From contig OX597832.1 in assembly GCA_951406725.2 (NCBI GenBank), positions 34,348,001-34,412,000 of the forward strand: a stretch of DNA of 64,000 nt, in the 5' to 3' direction. Below are positions 29,325 through 42,451 of the stretch, piece after piece. Both the position numbers and the translations under genes were made by a program. Below the pieces are notes generated by a model. The model was given only the letters and a program-made list of their open reading frames with translations, searched no databases and was not told the DNA's origin. Origin of the DNA: Octopus vulgaris (Eukaryota). Position 1 is the first letter of the stretch. Each line of letters opens with the position of its first letter.

Positions 29325-30539
29325 CCTACATGCATACAACACATATATACGTACATAAATATGTGCGTGCGTGTGTTTGTGTGTGTGTTTGTAATTTTTA
29401 TTTGGGTTTTATTAAATTTCTTCTTAAGAGAGTTCAAGCCGGCCGCTAACAAAGCGACAATTAATTTTTGAGTTAGGCGTTCCCGGTATTTGTAACTATG
29501 AGGCTGACTTGGTGTGTTGGTTGAACTGTCGATGCACACACACACAAGTGCACGCATCTCTACACCTAAACAATTTCAGACGGAGAATCTTCGGATTGTC
29601 TTACAAGCCACTGATAGTTTGGATTTGTAGAATCCGCGTCCGTTTCTTTCGCTCTTTCTCCAAAAGACCCAGTAATTCTAGATTTTTGTGTACATTTGCT
29701 GGTATGTATGCATGCATTTAATTATGACAATTAAAGAAGTAGACACAGCTAAATGCACAGGCGATGGCATTTTGGAAATTATACAGAGAAATTACAATTA
29801 TACAAAAGAATACATTTCTAAGCACAGTCCCGCACTACAACGTGCACACAACTGATGATGACAAGGTCGTTGCAATGGTGGCAGTAACAGCAAAGGGTTT
29901 GTTTGTGTTGCCATGCTGAGAGAAATATTAAATAAAATTTCGGTTCGTTGACTGAAAAACGAGAAGATTGGAGCAGTATGAGACAAAATGTCTGCTTCCT
30001 TGGCAGAGGAGGAAATTGCTATAGTGTGCCCACAAAGAAGCAGTTCAAAGAAACCTACGTATTGTACGATTTGAATTTTGCCGATTGAGAAGGAGGAACG
30101 AGATAGTGTGCTCTGAATCTGAAACTGGTAAGCCACTCACACACCTTTAAGGTGATGCCGAAGTAGATAGAAGGATGCAACAAGAGAATGACAGAAAGAG
30201 TTATTGGTGGTAATGTGTATCGTAGTTTAGTCGCCTCAATAGAGGCAAAATACAGGCTGGTGTTGTGCACCAATGTAACACGTGATAACTTGGGATCGAT
30301 TGGGTTAGGGTTAGTGCATTGAAAGTCAGGCTTAACACCTCATTAGCTCCGAAGGGCATGAACTATCCTAGAGCCGCATCTTTTGTACGTACAAAGAGGA
30401 TAAAATACAGAATGCCCGTTCTTGAGAGATGGAACAGCCGAAAAGGGGAGCAGCAATAACGGGTTCCAGAAACTTGTGCATGAAGAGGGCCACCAATTGT
30501 ATCATCGGTTCCAAAGAAAAATGAGAAATTACTAAAAAG

Positions 30540-30581
<42 letters not shown>

Positions 30582-31241
30582 CATTTTTACTATTGTTGTT
30601 ATTACTATCATTTTTATTATAAATGATATGACAATTTGAAATGCAATTGTCTAGGTAGATTTATATTATTAGAAAATAATATAAATAAAGTGTTAAAATC
30701 TGAAAGTTAAGTTAACAAGCAATTATATAAAAAAGATAATGCAAATGAAGCTAAAATGATAGTTTTATAATTTGGGTTTTATTGAAGAACTCAAAAGAGT
30801 TGTCTCCCCTTACTCACAACACAGGAACTGAAGAACCAGGACCACAATTACTACTACTTCCTGTCCTGCAAACATGCTGAATTTAACAACACAACACAAC
30901 ACATGCTCTTAATCCCTTTGGATCTTAACACCTCAAGGTAATTTTTTCGTAAACAACCATAAAACTCAAGATACACAACGAACTCACAATGTATCGGAGA
31001 ACTTATTTTTTAATTTTTGTACATTTTTATCATTATTCTTTTACAAAAAACAATGCAATTTTCTTTTTTTCCCCTTTCTAATTTTTAAAAAAACTTCTTA
31101 AAACATAAATATTCTTGATAAGTCATACAAGGACGAAAACCGGTTGAATAAATATATATTTATATATTTTATCAATTTCTCATTTTATTAAAATTTTCTT
31201 TCATTTGAGCATTCTGCATTTTCTAAAAAAATTTTTCCTCT

Positions 31242-31284
<43 letters not shown>

Positions 31285-31391
31285 TTTTATTTGGTTCAGT
31301 CCTTTGACTGTGGTCATGCTGGAGCACCGTGTTTTAATTTTTACTGTTCTGCCACCGCCAATGGTGGTAACGAGGACGTTTTTCATGTCGT

Positions 31392-31535
31392 GACACCCTT
31401 TCGTCCGGATGAGGCCCCGGTTCGATGGGAACCCGGGGCCGTAATGTGCGTTCAAGTCGATGTTCACTGAGCCCTGCAATTCGCATCAGTTCGAGCTCTT
31501 CATCGACGCACGAGGCGAGTGACCCACCCCATCGT
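31392..31535 (-). pseudogene. 5.8S rRNA pseudogene
   Basis: Plus strand ggccgtaatgtgcgttcaa..tcgatgttca..cctgcaattcgcat..tcttcatcgacgcacgaggcgagtgacccacc is the reverse complement of conserved metazoan 5.8S, with indels. Confidence 0.85.
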
Positions 31536-31976
31536 CCGGGTTTTGGTACTTGCTATTACTATGACGACGACAACAACGCTAATGAAGCGTTACTCGTGCG
31601 TGGGACACACAAAAAACAAAACAAAAAAGCAAAAACAACAGTGCGCGCGACTGCTGTTGCTCGCCGTGAATGCCGGGGAGGGCACGGTCGACGCGGATGA
31701 TGAGGAGAAAAAAACGAAAGAGAAAAACAAAATGAAAACTAGCATGGCGCCGTCGGCCGTACGCACGTCTTCGGTGGGCTGGGGCGCCGGTGAGAGAGGA
31801 GGTGTGTGGTCGGCAGCGGGCGGACGGCCGAATGGTTGCGAATGGAGCGCCGCGCGTATGCACTGTTAGAGAGCTGCGAGGGCGAGGGGGCCTGGCTGCA
31901 ACTATGAGACGAAACGGTGAGCGATCGGAGTCGGCAGCAGCGGATGACTGCTGCTACAAAATCGCATGCGAACTGG
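31536..31976 (-). other. ITS1-derived spacer
   Basis: GC/CpG-rich segment lying between the 18S 3' end and 5.8S in the correct order and orientation. Confidence 0.75.
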
Positions 31977-32163
31977 AAATAATCTTTCCGCAGGTTCACC
32001 AAGGGAAACCTTTTTATTATTATTACTTCCTCTAAGCGGTAGGGTTCAATCGTATTCTCCAGGACATCAAAGAACGCACCGATGACGGCGCTGAACGTCG
32101 CCGCCCGTAAGCGAACTCTTAGGCCTGATCCGAGGACCTATTTGGACCGTTCGATCGGTAGTA
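31977..32163 (-). pseudogene. 18S rRNA 3'-terminal fragment (helices 44-45), degraded
   Basis: aataatctttccgcaggttcaccaagggaaacctt...ttacttcctctaa...gatccgaggacct...ttcgatcggtagta corresponds to the reverse complement of the universal 18S 3' end. Confidence 0.88.
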
Positions 32164-32189
32164 TGAATTGTGAGAAAATTGGAGTGAGT

Positions 32190-32224
<35 letters not shown>

Positions 32225-32343
32225 CATACAGAGAGAGGGTGAGAAAGTTATAAATAGAAAGATAGAGAGACAGGCAAAGAGACAGAGATACATTTATGTA
32301 TATATGAGTATATGAATGTATATATCTGCCTATCTATGTATTC

Positions 32344-32385
<42 letters not shown>

Positions 32386-32594
32386 GCAGAGAGGGGAGAG
32401 AGAGTCTATGCCACATCACTCGTGGACGTCGATTCGAAATCGAGAGTATATCTTCCTCCAAGCTATGCGAGATGATATTGCGCGTGTCAACTCCGAGAGT
32501 GCACAATCCTGTGTCCGGCATAAGTTCACGGACAAACGCTAAGCTGACCAGAACACCAGGCTTGAATGTCCCCATATATGTTGGTCGCAGCTGA

Positions 32595-32638
32595 ACTCTC
32601 CTGATGAGGTTCACTAAGGCCGAAACCTATCAGAGAGT
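32595..32638 (+). ncRNA. Minimal type I hammerhead ribozyme-like motif (Penelope-associated type), stem III imperfect
   Basis: actctc-CTGATGA-ggtt(cactaa)ggcc-GAAA-cctatca-gagagt; stem I actctc/gagagt. Confidence 0.55.
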
Positions 32639-34499
32639 CGTTACCATCTTACTACCAAGATCATAACGCCTTCAACATTCTCCACTTTACATTCATTACA
32701 TTTTAGTATTAATTAATCTTAATTAATTAATATTTCTGGTTTGTCACTTCCTCGTCTCTTGACCACAACTGCTCATTAATCTAGCGATTATTTCTCTTCA
32801 ACACAGAGATAACTTCAATTAATTAAAATACTTTCAATATCCACTACACTATGACTGTTCTGTTTTATTATGGACGAATGAAAGATCTAGACACTGTCGC
32901 CTCCACCGCCTATATGGGAAAGCACATTAGTGTTAACAGAACATTCAACCGTTTATGTCCTACCTACCATACAACATCCAACCATAATATATAATATGCA
33001 ACACATAAGAGCGTTCAAATTGCATCATTAAAATTTGCCGAAGTGGCGAAACCTTTCGAAAACTTCATTCTTTTCTTCTTCAAACTCATTTCTGCATGGC
33101 TGCTAAAATGGTTGTGATTATAAACTCGCTTGTTTTCACTCCAATCTACTCACCTTTCCTTGAAACAATACCTAATGTCTCTCGGGGCAATGATTTTAAA
33201 CTGAAGTTCAGTCAATAATTTGGCTCAAAGTCACGTTACATCGTGTGTAGACATCTACGAAGGGTCAATCACTCTCCACCGTCTGCAGACGATTGCGACG
33301 AAATGCAAGTCTACTTCCATCTTGTTATTCAGCTCGTTTGTTTTATTTATTATTGTAGTTGTTTCTGCTGTTCTTATTACATTTTTATTTTCGTTTTTCT
33401 TTTTCCAGAGGATTTTCTTTGTTGTTGTTTTTCTTTGCCGTCTTTCCTTTCTTTCTGACTATTATTTCTTTTTCTTATTTCTATCTCGGTTTTCCTTTAG
33501 TATAAGACACACACACACACTCACTGATACGCACATACACATGCACACACACACACATGCACGCACACACACACACACGCATATAGAGAGAGAGTTAGAT
33601 ACACACACACAAACACACATTATGCCTTATATATACACTGATGTATGACAAGCCAATAAACACACAAGAAAAGTAAGTTTTCAGATGGCTGTATCGCTGC
33701 GACAGGAGGATCTTAAAATGTATGTAATGTGTGTATACATGTACTTATCAGTGTGTATGTATATGTGTACATATGTATGTACGCGTGCAGATAAATGCAC
33801 ACATAGACACATAGATACAAAAGCAAACATGCGTGTGCAAATATACATACTTGTATATATTTGTATGTATATACATGCATGTGTGTGTGTATAACTTCAT
33901 TGAACCAGCCTATTTATTGTGTTGTTTTATATTTTCCCGGGAGCGCGTTTGTCGCCTCTCATACCAACGAATCATCCAGTTTCAAACACAACATTTTTTA
34001 ATCCGTTTGTTGTCTTCTGGTTTCGCAGATTCTCATTTGTCTGTCCGCATTCGATTTTCTACTCCCATATTGTCAACTTCCAATGAACCCTTTTCCAGCA
34101 TAAACATATAGAAGACACATACACGAAGTAAAATATATTACAATATGAACATTATAACGCCAAGTATCACGAGACTAACTTCAGTGTCAATGTACTAAGT
34201 TTCGAGAGACATTAATTCAGATCGTTACCTGTGTCATACAATAATGTAACATATCCTCAAATAGTCCCCGTCATCAGTGAGTCGAACAGAAAGTTTAAGT
34301 AAAAATATTACAAGTTAAATTGTGAAGCAGAAATAACCTCACTAGGAATGGTGAAAGTATTCAGCAAACATGACAAGCAGCGAGTAGAGGAATAGCATAG
34401 CATCGGCTTCTATTGTACAGACTGTGTGTATATATATATATATACACACACAGTCCGCACAATAGAAGCCGATGCTATGCTATTCCTCATATATATAAA

Positions 34500-34637
34500 A
34501 TGTGCCCTTTTAAAGCCTAGCCAGGCTCATGGGCCCGGTTTCCATGGCGTATGTGCTCCCCAGCTGGACGGGACGACAGTCTATCGCAGCGTTGCTCATT
34601 TTTGCCAGCTGAGTGAACAGGAGCAACGTGAAGTGAA

Positions 34638-34639
<2 letters not shown>
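34500..34639 (-). mobile_element. V-SINE-like fragment
   Basis: Reverse complement cacgttgctcctgttcactcagctggcaaaaatgag..gcgatagactgtcgtcccgtccagctgggg. Confidence 0.45.
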
Positions 34640-34679
<40 letters not shown>

Positions 34680-35563
34680 GGATCTTTTCAATTCTGAAGC
34701 CAGGACCACAGATCTTTCTACTTAACTAAATATTCTGAAACTTCGTATGCTGATAGAGTCTAGCAAAACAAGACACAGGTTGGAACTAGTTTATTTGAGA
34801 AAAATCTATTTTATGACTTTAATCGTAGATTAAAACTGCGAATTTTAACCAATCAGATTGTCTTCATGTGTAAAACTTGACTGCATTCTATTAGTGTGAC
34901 GTAGAAAGCGCTTTTGTGACGTACTAACGTTCGGAAAACTGTAAACAAACACAGAACGTAACGGCAGACGAAATACGGCTACGCATTTCGCCCGGCGTGC
35001 TAACGTTTCTGCCAGCTCTTTGCTTTTTTAATATTAAATTTCTTGCCTTTTGCACAAATAAATACAATAAGTGAAATGAAACGCATTAGCTTAGAAACGA
35101 AATCTTGTTAGAAGCCTCGTCACTGAGATGCCACTTCTTAATAGCAAACGAAAGCAAGTACTAACAGAATGGAAACATTTTCAATTTAATACATGTGGCT
35201 TATTAACTAGTTTTAAATATTGTTATTAGAAGGTGGCTGACTATAGGATCCTGGAAACATGAGTACGTTAAATAATTAGAAGGAGATTTCACGGAGACAT
35301 GCGGCTTGTTTACATTTAAGATGTTTAATACGTCACCAAATTGATGGTCGAGACGGAGTAAATAAAATAAAGCCGAATGACGGAATATCATTGGTTAAAA
35401 TTCTAATTATTAAACAACGTTAAACTTAGAAGTTACAATTCCGTTTTCATTCTGGTTTACAATTAAGTTTACTTTTGACACATTCTACCAGTATACGAAG
35501 TTTCAAATTGTTTGGTTCAGTAGGAAAAATTTGAAAAAACTGGCTTCAGAATAGAAAAGATCC
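34680..35563. mobile_element. Non-autonomous DNA transposon with 24-bp TIRs and 8-bp TSD (Merlin- or Mutator-like)
   Basis: TIR ggatcttttc(a/t)attctgaagccag at both ends; TSD atatgtac at 34672-34679 and 35564-35571; SINE B fragment nested at 34951-35017. Confidence 0.85.
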
Positions 35564-36208
35564 ATATGTACTAGCACAAAGACTGCCCCCGGACTTTTTA
35601 ATGCCAGCCACTTGATAATATTTCTACATTTGATTCTCAATTCTAATCATTTTTATATTCTCTGCCGTCGTACCTTTGCTGCTAAATGTTCTTTTTCAGT
35701 CGCATATTTTAACATTCTTTCGGTCGAACCCGCAGAAATGCCAAAATGAACAGCTGGTTTTGTTCGTTTGTTTCCGTAAAAATGTACATTTATTTGCATT
35801 CGTTTTTAAATGGAAGAGAGGAGAAACTGAAAGTTGTATGTACGGGAATATGAAATGGACGTGTGAGAGAGAGAAAGATTGAGTGAATGGAGTGTATTGT
35901 CATGTATATGTATATACATAACTAAAGATGCATACATCATTTTTGTGTGTATGTACGCGTATGTGTTGGTGTGTGTGTGAGAGAGAGAGAGAGAGTACCA
36001 CTTAGACATCAATTTCTCTGTCTTTCACACACACACACATACATACAAAAAAGATGTATGCATATGTATTTATGTGTATACGTATACATGACAACACACC
36101 CTTCACTCTTTCCCCTCTCTCTCTCTCTCACTCACACACAAACACATACATACATAAATACAAACTTACACACAAATATATATATATATACATATATATA
36201 TATACATA

Positions 36209-36247
<39 letters not shown>

Positions 36248-36288
36248 TATATACACACACACCCACACACACACATATATATATAATA

Positions 36289-36680
36289 TGCTAGCAGTAT
36301 CACCCGGCGTTAATCAGGTTTGTTTCGACCCTTTAGAATTGAAATTTTTGAAAAGTAAAAGTTTTGCATTATGTATCTTGTTATTCCCTTTAAGTGAACA
36401 TTTTTCAGGTTGAAATACACCGAAAAATGGCGACACAGCAGTCAAAATCGTAAAAAATAGGGATTTTCATAGGAAAAAAGCACTTTTTTTATGTAAATAA
36501 TTTTTAGTGTTAACATGGTCCGATTTGAATTTTTTCTTCTACGGAAGGAAGAGCGAGCCTTCCCCTATCATACTCTCAATTTTGGTCAACTTGCGCCGCA
36601 GGGTCCCGGAGGAGATAGTGTTAGTTGAAGGCTACTAAACCTGCCATATATAGACAACTTCAGCTTTACATATATAGAGA
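36289..36680 (+). mobile_element. Helitron2/Helentron-like non-autonomous element
   Basis: 5' gctagcagtatcacccggcgtt; 3' caattttggtcaacttgcgccgcagggt...agacaacttcagcttt. Confidence 0.45.
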
Positions 36681-36990
36681 GATATATCATATATATATAT
36701 ATTATATACATTATATATATATTATATGTATATATTATATATATCACATATATTTATATATATATTATATATTATATTATGTATATTATATGTACATATC
36801 ATATATATTATATGTATATATTATTTTTTTTTCAGGCGAACATTTATATACATACGTAATCTGATTCTCAATTTCCCGGATTAATAGTCATTAAGTCAAT
36901 TAAAAAATATATTAATGAATATTCACACTAATTACTTCCAAATAATATATGGAAGTCTAAAGTGTATATAGTAAAGCTAATTATTTCCAC

Positions 36991-37023
<33 letters not shown>

Positions 37024-37699
37024 GTGGTGATAATGGCAGTGTGAGAAATAGGTGAACAATTTGCTTTCTCTAAAAAGAATTTTCGCCGTGGAAAAATAAC
37101 TGCATAAAAATGCATAAAATTTAGAAGCTTACTCAAGGTTAACAGAAGCCATGTCAGAATAATATGCTAGCGTTCTTTCCCTATCGAATTGTTGCTGACA
37201 TCATGCATGGCGAAGTCGTTAGAGGAACGACTAAAGTTTCTTCCGGTATTTGTTCTGACTCTCTACATTCGAACCTCTAATTCTGCCGTCATCAAATTTT
37301 CTGTTTCATTTTTCTTAAATTCCATTCAAGTATAGTAATCGATTCTTCTGTCCCTCTGTGACTCTCTCTCTCTCTGTCGCTCTCTATCTCTCTCATTCTC
37401 TTTTTCTTTCTTTCTGTGTCTTTTTCTCTCTCATCTTAACCCACTACCTCTAGCACTTTCTTTCTCTACTTCTCCCACTATTTCCCTATTTCTCTCTCTA
37501 CCTCGTTCTTTCTTTCTCTTCTCTCCTCTTCCACTCTCTCTTTCTCTACCTATAGAACAAGCAAATGGTGAGAACAGCACTAAAAAGGAACACGAAGCAG
37601 TGAAGATGGAAATAATCGTGTGTACATATATCCTGTCGAAAGAGACAGGATTTATTTTATAAGACTTCGCCGGCGCCTTCGTAGCTGACTGGTCAGCAG

Positions 37700-38090
37700 T
37701 TTGCCCCTCTCAGTCACAGGGTTCTCAGTTCAGCTTTACTGCGTTGCGCTTTAGGCAAGTGTCGTCTGTTATTGTTTCGGCGCAAACCAAAGCCTTGTGA
37801 ATGGATTTCGTAGACGGGAACTGAAAGAAGTCGTGTGTGTGTATGTATACATATATACATACATACATGCGCATTCGCGTGTCTATGTTTTTGTTTATTC
37901 CCCACCATTGGCAACTTGTGTTGGTGAGTTTGTGTCCACGTAACTTCGTGGTTCAGCAAAAGACACCGATAGAATAAGTAACAGGCTTTACAAAATAAGT
38001 GCTGTGGTTGGTTGATTAATTCGACAAAATGCTTCAAGGTGGTGCCTCAGCATCACTGCATTTCAATGACTGAAACAAGTAAAAGATAAA
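37700..38090 (+). mobile_element. SINE family A, degraded
   Basis: ttaggcaagtgtc, ccaaagccttgtgaatggattt, ccgatagaataagta, aaggtggtgcctcagcat...gactgaaacaagtaaaagat. Confidence 0.7.
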
Positions 38091-38603
38091 AAAAAAAGGT
38101 TGGCACTTACATAAAACGTAAAATAAAACAACACAAAAAGAAAGTATGGGAAACATCAAACTAGAAGTGAACCGATTGGGTTTCATTTTTAGAGTTTTCG
38201 AGTCCATACTTCTTGGTACGATTAGAGTCCACACTATTTGAATTGCTTGTAGAATTAAAAGGATGAAGGATACCGTTGTCGACTTATCTGAAAGATTTAC
38301 AGCTAATTAGTCCCTAGATTAATGATATACAATAATCATATTAATCACTTCAAGCTCAATGGGGCAATGCTAATCGGTCTGGGATTAACTTTTTCTATTT
38401 ATTTATTGTATGGGAAGGATATGTGTGTGTATATCCATATATACATAAATCTATGTATATACATACACACACACACAGACACACTCTCTATCTCTCTATA
38501 AATGTGTGCGTGCGCGCGTAGTGTCATAAGGTCACACAGATGCACCTGCCTGCTAGAAATATATTACCTTGGATAATAACAATAATATGTATACGAATAT
38601 TTG

Positions 38604-38927
38604 CTCAGGAGTGGCTGTGTGGTAAGTAGCTTACTTACCAACCACATGGTTCCCTGTTCAGTCCCAATGCGTGGCACCTTGGGCGAATGTCTTCTATTAT
38701 AACCTCGGGCCGACCAAAGCCTTGTGAGACGGAAACTGAAAGAAGTTCGTCGTATATATATATACACAAACATATACACATACATACACATACATATGTG
38801 TGTGTATATGTTTGTATGCCTGTGTTTGTCCCTCCAACTTACAAAGAATAAGTCCTGGAGTCGATACGCTCGACTAAAGGCGGTGCTCCAGCATGGCCGC
38901 AGTCAAATAACTGAAACGAGTAAAAGA

Positions 38928-38929
<2 letters not shown>
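38604..38929 (+). mobile_element. SINE family A (internally deleted)
   Basis: caggagtggctgtgtggtaagtagc...aaggcggtgctccagcatggccgcagtcaaataactgaaacgagtaaaagag followed by (TA)n. Confidence 0.85.
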
Positions 38930-38957
<28 letters not shown>

Positions 38958-38960
<3 letters not shown>

Positions 38961-39740
38961 GACGATCTCAGTTGGAGCGCACACATCAACAAGAAGGTCG
39001 ATACAGCTCGTAGGATGAGTTCCTGGATCTTAAGAACTTTCCGGTCCAGAGAACAAGGTGTCATCATACCACTTTTTTCATCCTTTGTACGGCCACACCT
39101 TGAATACTGCTGCCCACTGTGGTCCCCTCACACAAGACAAAACATCTCCAGAATTGAGTCACCCCAGAGGGCTCTCACTAAACAAATTGAAGGCATGGCT
39201 GCTCTCGACTATTGGGATCGCCTTAAAGCCTTGAAACTTTACTCCCTCCAGCGTCGCCGTGAGCGGTACATCATTTGTACGATGTGGAAAATATACCGCC
39301 AACTTTGCCCAAACGACCTAAACATTAGCTTCAAGGTTCATCCGAGACTTGGACCACGGGCTATACGTCCCCTGCCAAATTCAAGATCACAACATACATG
39401 TACACTGCAACATAATTTCTTTTCCTCAACAGGCCCTGCCCTATTTAACATTGTCCCGAGGGAGATCAAAGAGGAAAAGGATCCCATCAACTTCAAACAG
39501 AGTCTGGATAGATTCCTTCAAAGAATACCAGACAAGCCACCCATAATTGGATACAACTCACCCAACAAGAACTCACTACTTGAACAAAACTGGATACAAC
39601 TCACCCAACAAGAACTCACTACTTGAACAAAACTTGACTTAAACAGGATTCGAATAATCCTATCAGGTGGTGCTATTAAGTTAGACATGGCCTGGACCAA
39701 TCTCTGGTCGAAACATATCTAAGTTTTTCTAAGTTTTTTT
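38958..39740 (+). mobile_element. LINE-C: 5'-truncated relative of LINE-A inserted in (TA)n
   Basis: Encodes WSAHINKKVDTARRMSSWILRTF...RPHLEYCCPLWSPH...LKLYSLQRRRERY; 3' UTR shares ggtggtgctattaagttagacatggcctgg with LINE-A; 43-bp duplication at 39548-39633; TA on both flanks. Confidence 0.9.
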
Positions 39741-39748
39741 TATATATA

Positions 39749-39908
39749 TAGGCACAGGAGTGGCTATGTGGTAAGTAGGTTGTTTACCAACCACATGGTT
39801 CTGTATGTATGTATGTGTATATGTTTGTGTATATATATATATAGCACCGGGCCGACCAATGCCTTGTGAATGGATTTAGTAGACGGAAACTGAAAGAAGC
39901 CTGTCGTA

Positions 39909-39959
<51 letters not shown>

Positions 39960-40180
39960 ATGTGTGTATATGTTTGTGTGTCTGTGTTTGTCTAGCATTG
40001 CTTGACAACCGATGCTGGTGTGTTTACGTCCCCGTCACTTAGCGGTTCGGCAAAAGAGACCGATAGAATAAGTATTGGGCTTACAAAGAATAAGTCCCGG
40101 GGTCGATTTGCTCGACTAAAGGCGGTGCTCCAGCATGGCCACAGTCAAATGACTGAAACAAGTAAAAGAGTAAAAGAGTA
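39749..40180 (+). mobile_element. SINE family A
   Basis: Head ggcacaggagtggctatgtggtaag; internal TA/TG tracts; tail gaaacaagtaaaagagtaaaagagta followed by (TA)n. Confidence 0.88.
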
Positions 40181-40221
<41 letters not shown>

Positions 40222-41145
40222 TACACACACACTCACTTATTCCATAGGTTTCTTTCGCCGAGACGCTAGGTTACGGAGACGTAAACCCACTAACACAATG
40301 ACACACACACACACTCACGCACACATACTTATGTATGTATATTTTACATATTCGGCGGGCTTCTTTCAATTTCCGTTTACCAAATCATCCACTCACAAAG
40401 GCCTTAGTCATGCCGAGACTATAGTAGAAGATACTTGCCAAGGGTTCCACGCTTTGGAACTGAACCCGGAACTATGTTAATGGCAAGCAAACTTCCTTAA
40501 AAATTGTTTAGACATTAATTAAAAAATAATCTAGGCATTGTTAATTTTTTTTGTGTTTGTATCATGTCTCTAATAGTTCATTAGTGAGTGAGCATTGAAT
40601 GTAGTTTATTCGGAAATACTGATAACAATATCCGAAGCTTTGAATCTCGTGAGCGCATACATTTTATTTATTTTCAGATAGTCAGCGATGAAGTGATTGT
40701 AGATAATGAAATGTGCTTGGTACCATTATGACATAATCCGTAATTGGAATAAATGCTGTCGCCTGTACATTACGTGTGCTTACATACAGACATGTTTGTG
40801 TGTATGTGTGAGTGTGCATACAGACATGTTTGTGTGTATGTGTGAGTGTGCATACATATATGTATAAGCATGTATATACATGTGAGTTTATGTATATATA
40901 TATAATATACACACGCACACATACCGGCACATACATGCGTAACGTATTGTAATCGGACGTCTTTTATGACAACATTGTAACTTGAAGCGATAAGTAGACT
41001 GATAAACTGTATTAGACAGAGATTTTATGCAAAGAAAACGTTTGTGTGTGTGTTGATATACACATATGCATGTATATATATATATGCGTATGTACGTATA
41101 ATATATATTATATAATATATATATATATATATATGCGTATGTACG

Positions 41146-41186
<41 letters not shown>

Positions 41187-41314
41187 GAGAGAGAGAAAGA
41201 TGTATGCATACAGATATATTTATATGTATACTTGTATATATACACATATTCACACACAATTATATACACACAAATACACACACACACAAATACACTCCCA
41301 TCCAACCACACAAG

Positions 41315-41353
<39 letters not shown>

Positions 41354-41702
41354 ACACACACATACTTGTGCAGACAGATATATCGTTCAGTTTTTGCTTG
41401 CCGTGCATATTTGTATCATAGGATTTCTTTCTTCCGCTCATCAACTAGCAAAGGATCAAGGCGTTAAATAATCTCCTTGCGTGGGAAAAGTTACCATAGC
41501 AACAACTAAAACATAATAAATAAGGTTTAAGTGAAAGGAAAGGATCACAGGCGCAGACATTGTTGTGTGGTGAAGAAATTCGGTTTGGAGCCATGTTCTC
41601 GGGTTCGGTTGCAGTGCCCGTTGTCCTGGTCGTCCAATGACCTGTAAGAGAATTTAAGGGGCAGAACTTGACTAAATGTCCTACATGTATGTGTGAGTTG
41701 CA

Positions 41703-41737
<35 letters not shown>

Positions 41738-42393
41738 TTGGGAAACTGCAACTGGGGAAATTTTTTCGTGTATATGCGTATATATGTGAGGTCATGTGTG
41801 TGTGTGTGTGTGTGAGATAGAGAGAGTGTGTGAGTGTATGTGTGTGTGAATTCCTCTGATAGATAGAAACTGTGTCGAAGACCATTGTATGTGTGCATCT
41901 TTCTGTTTGTCTATCACCATTTAACAACCGATGTTGGTTTGTTTACTCAAGTCACTTTGCAAAATGACACCGTTAGAAGTAGTTGATTTGATCGTGTAAA
42001 AGAGAAAACACTTCAGCTCGATGCTCCAGCATAGCCGCAATTCAATAACTGAAACAAATAAAGGATAAAAGATAATTGCACGAAACAAATTTGTCTTGAA
42101 ATATGCCAAAGATTTCGGTGTGCCGATGTCGAATGTGACGTCTTTTGGAGGGAAAAAGTAGACTCTGAAGATGACGTTTTAATGAGTAGATTGTAGATAG
42201 GGAATGACTCACAGTCGGCGTATTTTTTCATAAATATATTTGAGTCGTTGTCTTTGTGGGAGAAAGTCGAGTTGACAGACTAGATATAAGAGAGAAATAG
42301 CCAGTTTCTCTGTAACATATGACTCGCACTGTTTCGGTTGATTTGATTGTAAATACATAAAACGGAAAGGATGTTTTCTATTCACTACTGTGA

Positions 42394-42451
<58 letters not shown>

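Noticed and set aside
31405-31445. cggatgag-gccccgg...ccggggc-cgtaa as a hammerhead
   Set aside because: Core boxes are mismatched and the hairpin is the GC-rich 3' stem of 5.8S rRNA on the other strand
31425-32035. GC-rich ORFs or a CpG-island promoter
   Set aside because: Explained by ITS1/rRNA-derived sequence
38724-39626. 300-aa ORF as a gene
   Set aside because: Chance read-through of SINE-A, a TA tract and the truncated LINE-C ORF2 end
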